Of a stretch of 64,000 nt of DNA, positions 45,668 through 54,819 are shown piece by piece. Numbering within the stretch: the first letter of the stretch is position 1; every line of letters begins with the position of its first letter. Source of the stretch: an uncultured Pseudomonadales bacterium (lineage in GTDB: Bacteria > Patescibacteriota > Microgenomatia > UBA1400 > CAYXSR01); contig CAYSEI010000001.1 of assembly GCA_964430265.1 (NCBI GenBank), positions 61,574-125,573 on the forward strand. The letters are read 5' to 3'. The notes under the pieces are model-generated. The model did no database searches and had not been told where the DNA came from. It saw only the letters and a program-made list of their open reading frames with translations. The position numbers and the translations under genes are program-made.

Positions 45668-46199
45668 GATTCCTGATTGATAGATTGTTTTTTATTCTTT
45701 GCCGAATAATAGTCGATGAAATATTGCTTTTAACCAACAAACTATTTTTTATTAATTTAAATTTATATTCCGCGTTGTCTAAGTTGTAATTTTTTAGTTG
45801 ATAATCAAATCCCGGTCTGGGAAAGATATAAAAAGTGTGTTGTGAGACTAATTTGTCCCAATCCTGCCATTGTTTAAATTTTTTTAAGTTGTCGGAACCA
45901 AGAACAAAAGAAAAATCATGCTCGGGATATTGGTTTTTTAAAAGGTTCATTAAATCAATGGTTTCACCACTTAATTGATTTTCAATTTCCGCATGGGAAT
46001 ATTTAATATTTTTTTTAGTGATCATTTTTGTCATTTCTGCACGGTGTTGAGAAGAGGCAAGCTGTTTATCAAATGTGTGGGTGTAGCAGGGTGTCAGCCA
46101 GACTTCTTTTACAGGAGTAAACTGAAGAATCTGCTGCGATATTATTTGGTGTCCGAAATGGGGAGGGTTAAAACTGCCTCCGAATATTGCAATTTGCAT
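45603..46199 (-). CDS. nadD: Nicotinate-nucleotide adenylyltransferase
   Basis: It begins MQIAIFGGSFNPPHFGHQ. Confidence 0.9.
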   Translation of the reverse strand: MQIAIFGGSFNPPHFGHQIISQQILQFTPVKEVWLTPCYTHTFDKQLASSQHRAEMTKMITKKNIKYSHAEIENQLSGETIDLMNLLKNQYPEHDFSFVLGSDNLKKFKQWQDWDKLVSQHTFYIFPRPGFDYQLKNYNLDNAEYKFKLIKNSLLVKSNISSTIIRQRIKNNLSIRNLVPNKVRKYIKQNNLYENTAD

Positions 46200-48310
46200 T
46201 AAGTGTTTTTTAATTCTTCTAACATTTGCTTTGCTTGTTCATTGTCTGGAAAGATATTTTCCAGTAAAAATTCAAGTTTTTCAATTGCTTTTTCCGGCTC
46301 ATCCTCTTTGTAAAGCTTTGCCAATTTAATGTATACCTTGGCATAATTTGGCTTTAAACTGACAGCTTTTTCCCAGTATTTTACTGCTTGTTCTTTATTT
46401 CCCAGCTGGTTGTGTACCAATCCAAGATTGTAATAAAGTTTTGCATCACTTGGTGCCAGCATGATTGCTTGCTCCAAGATATTAACAGTAGTCTGTAAAT
46501 ATTGGGAATCAATAACTTGCAAGTAAAGTAGGGTTTTGGTTACACTTTTGTATAAGTTAATATGAACGGGATTCAATTCAAGCGCCCTTTGGCTGTGCTG
46601 TAAAGTTGATTGGGTTAGTTGGTCTATTAGTTCTGCAGACTCTGTTGCTTCTGTACTTTGATAATAGAGAAGTGCTAGTTTGGCATCATTTTCCGCCAAT
46701 TGGGAATGGAAAAGCGCCTTATTGGGCCTGATAATGATTGCTTCTGATAAAAGTTCCCGTGCTTGTACCAGGTAATTGGCTCGGGAATAGTTTTTCCCTT
46801 TGGCAAAAAAGTAATCTGCCCGCCAGATATTTACAATATATATTAATCCGTAAAAAGCTGTTGCTAAGACTACCAATATTTGTATTAATTTAATAGTGGA
46901 AATATTGATTTTATTATTCTTTTTATATTTATTTGTTTTTAATTTTTTTTCGTTTTCATGATTTGTATTTAAACTAAGTGCAAAGCTCGGCAATAAAGAG
47001 AAGAGTAAAGCAACAACAACTACGGAAAACCCAAAAAAATTTGTAATAAGAATGGTTAAATATCCTGACAAAAAGCTAAGAAGCAAAGCTCTGTTTTCTT
47101 TATTTTTCCTAATTTGTTTGTAAAAGATAAACAAAGAAGTAAATATAACAGCAAGATAGGTAATTATTCCCCAGGTGCCGGTGGTGGACATCATGTTTAA
47201 GTATTCATTATGAGCTTTATTGTACAAAAAATCCCATTCCGAAAGCAGGTTGTGTGTCTGCGGACGAAATTGGTAGTAAGAATATGCAAAAGTTTCTACT
47301 CCCGAGCCAAATACTGGGTAATTCTTCCAAATTTCAATTGCTCCCAGCCAAACAATTTTACGTATTTCCGAAGATTCGGAAACTGTAGGAGCATATTGGG
47401 GAACACCTGGTATGGAATTTTTTTGAACCTCAACTATTTCTTCCTGCTGAGGCAAAAATAGTTTTATCCATTGATCGGCTTTTTGCAAGTAAGTGTATGT
47501 TTTCCCGCCGATTAAAAGGTAAAACAGCATGCTGACAGCAAAAATTGCACCTAAAAGCTTCCATTTGTTTTTTATCAATATTGAGTAAGTAATTGTAAAA
47601 AAGAAAAAAATCAGCCAGAATGCCAAGATAGCGGATTTGGAATTGGTAAAAAGCAAGCAGAAAAACATTATAAAATAGACGGCGCTGAAAAGAATTTTTT
47701 TTCCTTTACTTTTGGATTTTAACAATAAGACAAGAGGTATGAAAATTAAGGCATCAATATATGCTCCCAGCCAGTTTGGCTGTCCCAGGGTAGAGAATAC
47801 ACGGTTTTGTACATCCTGAACCCAGTAATGAGCATCTATCCCAAATCTTTCCAAAATTCCGTAAAAACAAACAATAGTTGCGGTTCCCAATAAAAAGAAA
47901 AGTGTTTTTATAACTTTTCTTTGCATGTTTGTAACATATGCCCAGTACAAGACTAAATAGCAGAGAGTTGAAATCAGACTGCCGTGAAAACGGGAGTAAT
48001 AACCCCAGATTGAAGTTTGCCTGTGAATACTGAAGATACTGGAAAGAATTTGTGAAGACAAAAAAAGCAAAAGAGGGAAATCCAAAATGCTTTTTTTAAA
48101 AATCCATTTTTTGTTAATAATCATTTTAATTACCCATGAGGCCAAAATAATTATTGTACTGCTGTAAACAACAAGCATTTTATTGAATTCAAAAAGCTCG
48201 TAGTTCCAAGGTGTCAAGATAAGGGGGACAAGGACAAAAAGTGCATAAAAAGTATATTCAATAACTTGGTCAAGAAACTTATTTAAATTCATCAGTCTAT
48301 TATATACCAA
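46199..48310 (-). CDS. O-antigen ligase-like polytopic membrane protein fused to a C-terminal TPR-repeat domain
   Basis: It has about 12 transmembrane helices with a Wzy_C-like core. The C-terminal 250 aa carry TPR repeats (AKLYYNLGLVHNQLGNKEQAVKYWEKAVSLKPNYAKVYIKLAKLY). Confidence 0.65.
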   Translation of the reverse strand: MVYNRLMNLNKFLDQVIEYTFYALFVLVPLILTPWNYELFEFNKMLVVYSSTIIILASWVIKMIINKKWIFKKSILDFPLLLFLSSQILSSIFSIHRQTSIWGYYSRFHGSLISTLCYLVLYWAYVTNMQRKVIKTLFFLLGTATIVCFYGILERFGIDAHYWVQDVQNRVFSTLGQPNWLGAYIDALIFIPLVLLLKSKSKGKKILFSAVYFIMFFCLLFTNSKSAILAFWLIFFFFTITYSILIKNKWKLLGAIFAVSMLFYLLIGGKTYTYLQKADQWIKLFLPQQEEIVEVQKNSIPGVPQYAPTVSESSEIRKIVWLGAIEIWKNYPVFGSGVETFAYSYYQFRPQTHNLLSEWDFLYNKAHNEYLNMMSTTGTWGIITYLAVIFTSLFIFYKQIRKNKENRALLLSFLSGYLTILITNFFGFSVVVVALLFSLLPSFALSLNTNHENEKKLKTNKYKKNNKINISTIKLIQILVVLATAFYGLIYIVNIWRADYFFAKGKNYSRANYLVQARELLSEAIIIRPNKALFHSQLAENDAKLALLYYQSTEATESAELIDQLTQSTLQHSQRALELNPVHINLYKSVTKTLLYLQVIDSQYLQTTVNILEQAIMLAPSDAKLYYNLGLVHNQLGNKEQAVKYWEKAVSLKPNYAKVYIKLAKLYKEDEPEKAIEKLEFLLENIFPDNEQAKQMLEELKNT

Positions 48311-49515
48311 GATAAAGCTTCCGGGTTAAAAATCTGACTGGAAATTTCATTAATCTCTGTTAAGGTAACTTTATCAATCCTTTCAATTATTTCCTCCGGT
48401 GTTTTTTCATTTAGGTTGAAAAAAGCACTCAAAGAGATTAAAATCCCCAGTTGTTGCGATTCCTGGAGTTTTTCAAGCAATTGGTTTTTATAATATGCTT
48501 TTGCAATATCCAGTTCGTCTTGGGTGATTTGTTTTTCATATAGATTTGTTAGTTCATTTTTAATTCCTTGTTTTACTGCTTCTTTGTGTTGCGGGTTGCA
48601 CTGAGAATGTATGAGAAAAACTCCACAATCAGAATATATTTTAATCCACGGACGTAAGGAGTAGGTAAATTGTTCTTTTTGCAGTTTTTTTAAACGCTGA
48701 TTGTTGCGTCCTTTTATAAGAATATTGATCAGAAGGCTTTGAGCAACCCGCTTATTAGAGCTTCTACCAAAACATAAACTTCCGAATGTCAAATAAGCCA
48801 TTTTAGACATTGAGGAGGTTTCTTTTCTAATAATATCGGTCTGAGAAAAATCAAAAGGCTCAAAATATTGACGTTCACCCTCGGGCAATTTTTTAATTAT
48901 TGGATCAATTGTTTTAAATTCAAAATCGTGTTCAGGACCGATAATGGTTAATAAACAGTTTTGTGATACATAAAACTGATCTCTAAAGTTTTTAATAACT
49001 TGTTTATTAAATCCTTTAATTGATTCTTTAGATCCCAAAGTATTGTAACTTAAAGACGATTGGTTAAAAATTCCATTGGTAAGTTTATCCAGTGAACTTA
49101 TTTGCGGATTTTCAGAATTGTAACTAATTTCTTGTTGGGTTAATTGTTTTTCCTGGTTAATTTTTTCTTTGCTAATATCTGGTTGAAAGTAAATACTTAA
49201 TAACATTTTCAAGCTGGGGATGAGTTTATCAAAATAACAAGAGAATCCGGTAGTTGTATATTCAGGAGAGACCTTGGTTTGAAAAGAGAGTCCGAGTTTG
49301 TCAATTTCCGAAGCCAGATTATTTTTCTCCGGATATTCTTTACTTCCTTGTAAACAGAGATTGGTATAAAAACGGCTTATTCCTTCAGTTTCTTTTTTCT
49401 CAAACCTGCTGCCGGCACCAATTAAAAGTGAGGCAGTGTATGTATTAGTATTAGCACTGGAAATATAGATGGCAGGAAAGCGGTTTGAGAAAATATGTGT
49501 TTGAACATTTTCCAT
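48292..49515 (-). CDS. Peptidase M16 (pitrilysin)-like protein, probably non-catalytic
   Basis: It has M16 fold hallmarks (GAGSRFE...GISRFYTNL) but no clear HxxEH motif. Confidence 0.55.
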   Translation of the reverse strand: MENVQTHIFSNRFPAIYISSANTNTYTASLLIGAGSRFEKKETEGISRFYTNLCLQGSKEYPEKNNLASEIDKLGLSFQTKVSPEYTTTGFSCYFDKLIPSLKMLLSIYFQPDISKEKINQEKQLTQQEISYNSENPQISSLDKLTNGIFNQSSLSYNTLGSKESIKGFNKQVIKNFRDQFYVSQNCLLTIIGPEHDFEFKTIDPIIKKLPEGERQYFEPFDFSQTDIIRKETSSMSKMAYLTFGSLCFGRSSNKRVAQSLLINILIKGRNNQRLKKLQKEQFTYSLRPWIKIYSDCGVFLIHSQCNPQHKEAVKQGIKNELTNLYEKQITQDELDIAKAYYKNQLLEKLQESQQLGILISLSAFFNLNEKTPEEIIERIDKVTLTEINEISSQIFNPEALSWYIID

Positions 49516-49574
49516 ATGCTGTTATTTTATATAAAATAAATATGAAAAGAAAGATTTTTTAAAAGTATGTTAAA

Positions 49575-50630
49575 ATGAAAAATATGCTTGATTCGTTATT
49601 CTCCTTATTTAGTTATGATCTGGGAATTGACCTGGGAACGGCAAATACTTTGGTTTTGGTTAAAGGTAAAGGAATTGTAATTAATGAACCTTCGGTAGTA
49701 GCCAGACACAAAGACACAAAAAAAGTTCTTGCCATTGGTAAAGAAGCAAAGCAGATGGTGGGCAAAACTCCTTCCAAAATTGAGATTATTTATCCTCTGC
49801 GCAACGGTGTGATTGCAGATTTGGATGCTACGGAAGCAATGTTGCAAAAATATATTCGTTTTTTACACGAAACGCCGGGAATGATGCCGAAACTTCCACG
49901 GCCGCGGGTAATAATTGGCATTCCTTCCGGTATTACGGAAGTTGAAAGAAGAGCGGTTCATGAAGCTGCTTTGCATGCAGGAGCCAGAAAAGCATACTTA
50001 ATTGAAGAACCAATGGCTGCCGCAATTGGAGGCGGACTGCCGGTTGAAAAAGCGGAAGGTCAATTAATAGTGGACATTGGCGGAGGAACAACAGAAATTG
50101 CCGTAATTTCTTTAGGAGGAATAGTAGTTGACCGTTGTTTACGTGTTGCCGGGAATAAAATGGATGATGCAATTATTACTTTTAGCCGTATGAAACACGG
50201 CTTATTATTGGGTCAGCCGACAGCGGAAAGGGTAAAAAAAGAGATTGGCAGTGCAATTCCTTTTAAAAAGGAAAAAATATCAATTGTCAGAGGAAGGGAA
50301 CTGGGAAGAGGATTACCCAGATCTCTTAAGTTAAACAGTACTGAAGTTAGGGAAGCATTGGGTTCCGTAGTTCAGCAGATTATAAATGGGGTTTCAGAGG
50401 TGATTGAAGAAACTCCGCCTGAACTTTTGTCCGATGTTTTAAATCACGGTATTGCTATGGCAGGCGGAGGCAGCAAGCTATACGGAATAGATAAAGCTTT
50501 GGCTGAAGAAACAAAAATGCCGGTATGGCAGGTTGAGAACCCGCAAACAGCAGTAGTTAGAGGATGCGGCAAACTTTTGGAAGAACAAGCGTTACTGGAT
50601 AAAGTCAAGGTAATCGGCGGTTTAAAATAG
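49575..50630 (+). CDS. mreB: Rod shape-determining protein MreB
   Basis: It reads DLGIDLGTANTLV..., ...IGIPSGITEVERRAV... and DIGGGTTEIAVISLGG. Confidence 0.9.
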   Translation: MKNMLDSLFSLFSYDLGIDLGTANTLVLVKGKGIVINEPSVVARHKDTKKVLAIGKEAKQMVGKTPSKIEIIYPLRNGVIADLDATEAMLQKYIRFLHETPGMMPKLPRPRVIIGIPSGITEVERRAVHEAALHAGARKAYLIEEPMAAAIGGGLPVEKAEGQLIVDIGGGTTEIAVISLGGIVVDRCLRVAGNKMDDAIITFSRMKHGLLLGQPTAERVKKEIGSAIPFKKEKISIVRGRELGRGLPRSLKLNSTEVREALGSVVQQIINGVSEVIEETPPELLSDVLNHGIAMAGGGSKLYGIDKALAEETKMPVWQVENPQTAVVRGCGKLLEEQALLDKVKVIGGLK

Positions 50631-50648
50631 ATTTTTTCAAATACATTT

Positions 50649-51224
50649 ATGAAAATTTCTTCAATTATTTCCAGGATATTTGATCCAATTTTAATTTCTC
50701 CATTAATCTTGTTTTTTATTTCTTGGATTACACCCACTTCTCTAAGCAAAAACATTTTTTTTCTTTTATTAATGTTAATTATTTTTGTATCAAGTGTTGT
50801 TAGTTTTTATATTTTAAGAAAACTGGATTTAATCAAAGACCGGGATATTACCAATAGAGAAGAAAGGCCTTTGTTTTTTTCAATTGTGCTTTTAAGTATT
50901 GTAGTATTTTTATTGTATATTTTCTTTTTTGACAAACAACAAGCTTTTATTTTTCTATTAAAAGTTCTTTCTCCTTTTTTTGCCTTTTATTTAATCAGTT
51001 TCTTTTACAAGGTCTCTGGCCACGGATTTATTAATAGTTTGTTTTTTATGGTCCTATTTTTGTTTTTAATAAAAATTAATAAATTTAATTTTTTATGGCT
51101 GGGATTAATGCTAATAAGCATATTTGCTATTGGATGGGCCAGGGTAAAGTTGAAAAAACACACGCTTTTACAAGTAATTATTGGCAGTTTATTGCCTTGG
51201 ATAAGCTTCTTTATGTTAAGATAG
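50649..51224 (+). CDS. PAP2-superfamily membrane phosphatase (possible undecaprenyl-diphosphate phosphatase)
   Basis: All three PAP2 motifs are present: RDITNREERP (KX6RP-like), VSGHG (PSGH) and ARVKLKKHTLLQ (SRX5HX3D-like). Confidence 0.55.
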   Translation: MKISSIISRIFDPILISPLILFFISWITPTSLSKNIFFLLLMLIIFVSSVVSFYILRKLDLIKDRDITNREERPLFFSIVLLSIVVFLLYIFFFDKQQAFIFLLKVLSPFFAFYLISFFYKVSGHGFINSLFFMVLFLFLIKINKFNFLWLGLMLISIFAIGWARVKLKKHTLLQVIIGSLLPWISFFMLR

Positions 51225-51249
51225 TTTTAATATAATATATAGTATTGCT

Positions 51250-52062
51250 GTGAAATCAAAATATAAGGTATTGTCTGTTTTAATTGTATTGAGTTTGTTG
51301 CTGATGGGAATGGATTCCAAAACGTGGTTGTATTGGCCAAAAAAAAACTTTGAAAAATTGTTTAATCCCTTACAAAAAAGTATCTATGCATCCTCAATAA
51401 AAATTAGTGAATGGAAGCAGGTTATTGGGATTCGGGAAAAACAGAAAATTATAATACTTGAAAATGAAAACAGCGGACTGCAGGAAAAAGTTGCTATTTT
51501 AGAAAAAGAAAACCAAAAACTAAAAGAACTTACCCAAGATAAAGATTACCTTCTGCAAGTGCCGACCTCTCCCAAGTGGAATTTTTTACCTGCTCAAGTT
51601 TTACGTTCCAATGGAACAGATTTGCTAATAAACAAAGGAAAAGAGAACCAACTAAAAGAAGGGATGATTGTTATTAGAGGTAACAAAGATTTGAATACAG
51701 CTATTTTAATTGGAAAGATTATTCAAGTTAATCCAATTTCTTCCTTGGTCAGTCTTCCTTCTAGTACTAATAAAGAAATTGCAGTTGAATTAATCGATGG
51801 AGGAGAAGGCTTTGTTAAAGGAAAAATCAATGGAGAGATAGAGCTTTTTAATGTACTTCAAGAAGTTGAGATTAAGCAAAACGAATTGGTGGTTACCAGT
51901 GGAAAAGAAGAAAAATATCCTAAGGGACTTGTTATTGGCAGGGTAAAAAATATTATTAAAGAAGAAAGTGAAGTTTATCAAAAAGCGATTATTGAACCAA
52001 TTAGAAAATATTCAGAATTAGAAAATATTTTTGTGGTTTTAGTTAGTGATTTTAAAAGGTAA
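51250..52062 (+). CDS. mreC: Rod shape-determining protein MreC (GTG start)
   Basis: It has a transmembrane helix, a coiled coil (LENENSGLQEKVAILEKENQKLKEL) and a beta-rich domain. It lies directly after mreB. Confidence 0.75.
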   Translation: MKSKYKVLSVLIVLSLLLMGMDSKTWLYWPKKNFEKLFNPLQKSIYASSIKISEWKQVIGIREKQKIIILENENSGLQEKVAILEKENQKLKELTQDKDYLLQVPTSPKWNFLPAQVLRSNGTDLLINKGKENQLKEGMIVIRGNKDLNTAILIGKIIQVNPISSLVSLPSSTNKEIAVELIDGGEGFVKGKINGEIELFNVLQEVEIKQNELVVTSGKEEKYPKGLVIGRVKNIIKEESEVYQKAIIEPIRKYSELENIFVVLVSDFKR

Positions 52063-52064
52063 GC

Positions 52065-52430
52065 ATGGAAAACTTTTTATTGTTTATTTTAATTGCTAGC
52101 AGTTTTTATTCAAACCAGGAACAAAAAAAATTCTACTTTGCTTTTTTCTTGGGTTTGTTTATTGACCTTTGGAGCGGAGAGTTAATTGGTAGAACCAGCT
52201 TAAGCTTTTTAATTATTACTTTTTTGGCAGATTTGTACTCAAGAAAATATTCCAGCGGCCATTTTATATTTCAAGCAGTATTTACTTTTGTTTCGGTCTG
52301 GATTCTTGATTTTATAAAAGGAGGGCTTTGGACATTTGGAGAAGGACTTTTTTGGGCGATTTTTTCCAGTTTAGGCTTGTTTGTAATTAAAAAAATTTTC
52401 AGTAATACAGATTTAAAATTAGAAATATGA
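52065..52430 (+). CDS. mreD: Rod shape-determining protein MreD (putative)
   Basis: The 121-aa polytopic membrane protein lies between mreC and pbp2. Confidence 0.55.
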   Translation: MENFLLFILIASSFYSNQEQKKFYFAFFLGLFIDLWSGELIGRTSLSFLIITFLADLYSRKYSSGHFIFQAVFTFVSVWILDFIKGGLWTFGEGLFWAIFSSLGLFVIKKIFSNTDLKLEI

Positions 52431-53911
52431 AAGAAAGCATAAAAACAAGATATTTTTATATATTACTATTTATTGGGTTTGGAATTCTCTTCAGCCGTTT
52501 ATTTTGGCTGCAAATAGTTAAAGGGGCTTACTATGAAAAACTGGCAGAGGACAATAGTATTAAAGTAAAAGACATCCCTGCCCCAAGAGGAATTATTCGT
52601 GACAAAAATGACGAGATTTTGGTTCGTAACCGGCCAGAAGGAAGGGAATATATATACAAGGAAACATTGGCGCATGTTAGCGGATATATTGGGGAAGCAA
52701 GTCAAGAAGAAGTTGAAACCGGGAAATGGGAAAGCGGAGACATAATTGGAAAAATGGGTGTGGAAAAAGAGTACGACAATATATTAAGGGGTGAAAAAGG
52801 GGAAATTCTGGTGGAAACTGATGCAGAAGGTAAAGTATTACGTGAGCTGAGTAGAATTGAACCACAATCGGGTGATGATTTAAGTTTAAATATCGATTTA
52901 AAATTACAGGAGAAAGTTTATCAAGAATTAAAAGAAAAAAAGGGTGCAATAATTGTTAGTACACCTCGTGGAAAGATTCTTGCCCTGGCAAGCTATCCTT
53001 CTTTTGATCCCAATGTTTTTACTTTAAAAAAAGAAAACAAAGAAGAACAATTAGAAAACATTTTTGAGAATAAGGACCAACCATTATTTAATCGAAGCAT
53101 TTCAGGTATGTATCCGCCTGCTTCCACTTTTAAAATTGTTTCCGGAATAGCAGGTTTGGAAGAAGGAAAGATTGATGGTTCCACAGTTGTTGAAGATCAA
53201 GGAGTTTTAAGGGTGGGAAAGTGGACGTTTGGAAACTGGTACTACCGACAATACGGAAAAACTGAAGGAGATGTGGATCTGGTCAAGGCACTTCAAAGAA
53301 GTAATGATATCTATTTTTATAAAGTAGGCGAGTGGGTTGGTATTGAAAACATGGCTGAATGGGCAAAGAATTTTGGTTATGGTCAATATACGGGAATTGA
53401 TCTTCCGGGAGAAGAAAAAGGCTTGATCCCAACTCCGGAATGGAAAAAAGAGGTAAAAGGCGAATCCTGGTATTTAGGAGACTCTTTTATTACTGCTATT
53501 GGACAGGGTGATCTTTTGGCAACACCTGTTCAGGTAAATAAAATGACGATGCTGGTTGCAAATGATGGATATCTATGTAAACAAAGGCTTGCTGAAAACC
53601 AAAAAGAAGAATGTAAGCCGATTGGTGTTAATTTCGAGCATTTGCAGCTGATTAAACAAGGAATGAAAGCAGCTTGTGCTGAAGGCGGAACAGGATGGCC
53701 TTTTTTTGATTTTGATCCTTGGGTAGGCTGTAAAACCGGGACAGCAGAAACCGGAGGGGAAGAAACAGAACCCCATGCATGGTTTACGGCTTATGCTCCT
53801 TATGATAATCCTGAAATAGTAGTTACCGTGTTATTGGAAAATGCGGGTGAGGGTTCTTCTGAAGCAGGACCGGTTGCAAAGGAAATATTAAATTATTGGC
53901 TTAATGACTGA
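52427..53911 (+). CDS. mrdA: Penicillin-binding protein 2 (elongasome transpeptidase)
   Basis: It has an N-terminal transmembrane helix, an ASTFK active-site serine motif (the SxxK motif) and a KTGTA motif. Confidence 0.85.
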   Translation: MKESIKTRYFYILLFIGFGILFSRLFWLQIVKGAYYEKLAEDNSIKVKDIPAPRGIIRDKNDEILVRNRPEGREYIYKETLAHVSGYIGEASQEEVETGKWESGDIIGKMGVEKEYDNILRGEKGEILVETDAEGKVLRELSRIEPQSGDDLSLNIDLKLQEKVYQELKEKKGAIIVSTPRGKILALASYPSFDPNVFTLKKENKEEQLENIFENKDQPLFNRSISGMYPPASTFKIVSGIAGLEEGKIDGSTVVEDQGVLRVGKWTFGNWYYRQYGKTEGDVDLVKALQRSNDIYFYKVGEWVGIENMAEWAKNFGYGQYTGIDLPGEEKGLIPTPEWKKEVKGESWYLGDSFITAIGQGDLLATPVQVNKMTMLVANDGYLCKQRLAENQKEECKPIGVNFEHLQLIKQGMKAACAEGGTGWPFFDFDPWVGCKTGTAETGGEETEPHAWFTAYAPYDNPEIVVTVLLENAGEGSSEAGPVAKEILNYWLND

Positions 53912-54785
53912 ACAGAAAAAATACTGGCTCGGTTTTTCCCTTTTTCCCGGGATTGGTCCGAAAAGGTTTTTTTTGCTGTTAAACTATTTTGGATCAGCTC
54001 AAAATATATGGCAAGCCTCGGAAAACAAACTTATTCAAACAGGATTATCGCAAAAAATAGTTAAACGTTTTGTAATTTATCGAAAAAGTATTGATTTGGG
54101 AAGCAAAGAAAAAGAACTTGTAAAGAAAAAAACGCAATTTGTCACATATAGTGACAAATTGTATCCGCAATATTTAAAAGAAATTTCTTCTCCGCCAATT
54201 GGTTTGTATGTAAAAGGCAGATTATTTCTCTCTGATAAAAAAACAATTGCAGTTGTTGGAACACGTAAAGTTACAGAATACGGTAAAAAAGTAACTTTAC
54301 AGCTGGTAAAAGATTTGGTTGCAAGCGGTTTTACAATAATTTCCGGTTTGGCAAGGGGTGTAGACGGGGTTGCACATAAAGCTGCTTTAGGTAACGGTGG
54401 GAAAACAATTGCTGTTTTAGGTTCGGGAGTTGATGTTGTTTATCCGCCTGAACACAAGGCATTAGCAAGAGCAATAATTGCTTCCAATAAAGGAGCAGTT
54501 ATTAGTGAATTTCCAATGGGAACTACGCCTAAAAAAGGACACTTCCCAGCTAGGAACAGGATTGTTTCCGGTATCAGTCTTGGTGTTTTAATAATTGAAG
54601 GTGCCAGAAAATCTGGTACAAAAATAACTGCAACCTGTGCTGCTAATCAAGGCCGTGAGGTTTTTGCAGTACCGGGTCCAATTGATTCCTCCTTAAGTGC
54701 CGGTCCTGCGGATCTGATTAAAGAAGGCGCAAAGCTAGTGACAGGGATTGATGATATTTTGGAGGAATTTAAGCATGCTATTTGA
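53904..54785 (+). CDS. dprA: DNA processing protein DprA/Smf
   Basis: It reads ...IAVVGTRKVTEYGKKVTLQLVKDLVASGFTIISGLARGVDGVAHKAAL. Confidence 0.85.
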   Translation: MTEQKKYWLGFSLFPGIGPKRFFLLLNYFGSAQNIWQASENKLIQTGLSQKIVKRFVIYRKSIDLGSKEKELVKKKTQFVTYSDKLYPQYLKEISSPPIGLYVKGRLFLSDKKTIAVVGTRKVTEYGKKVTLQLVKDLVASGFTIISGLARGVDGVAHKAALGNGGKTIAVLGSGVDVVYPPEHKALARAIIASNKGAVISEFPMGTTPKKGHFPARNRIVSGISLGVLIIEGARKSGTKITATCAANQGREVFAVPGPIDSSLSAGPADLIKEGAKLVTGIDDILEEFKHAI

Positions 54786-54819
54786 CAAAATAGGCAAGTT
54801 TTCTTATGCTTAGTAAAGT

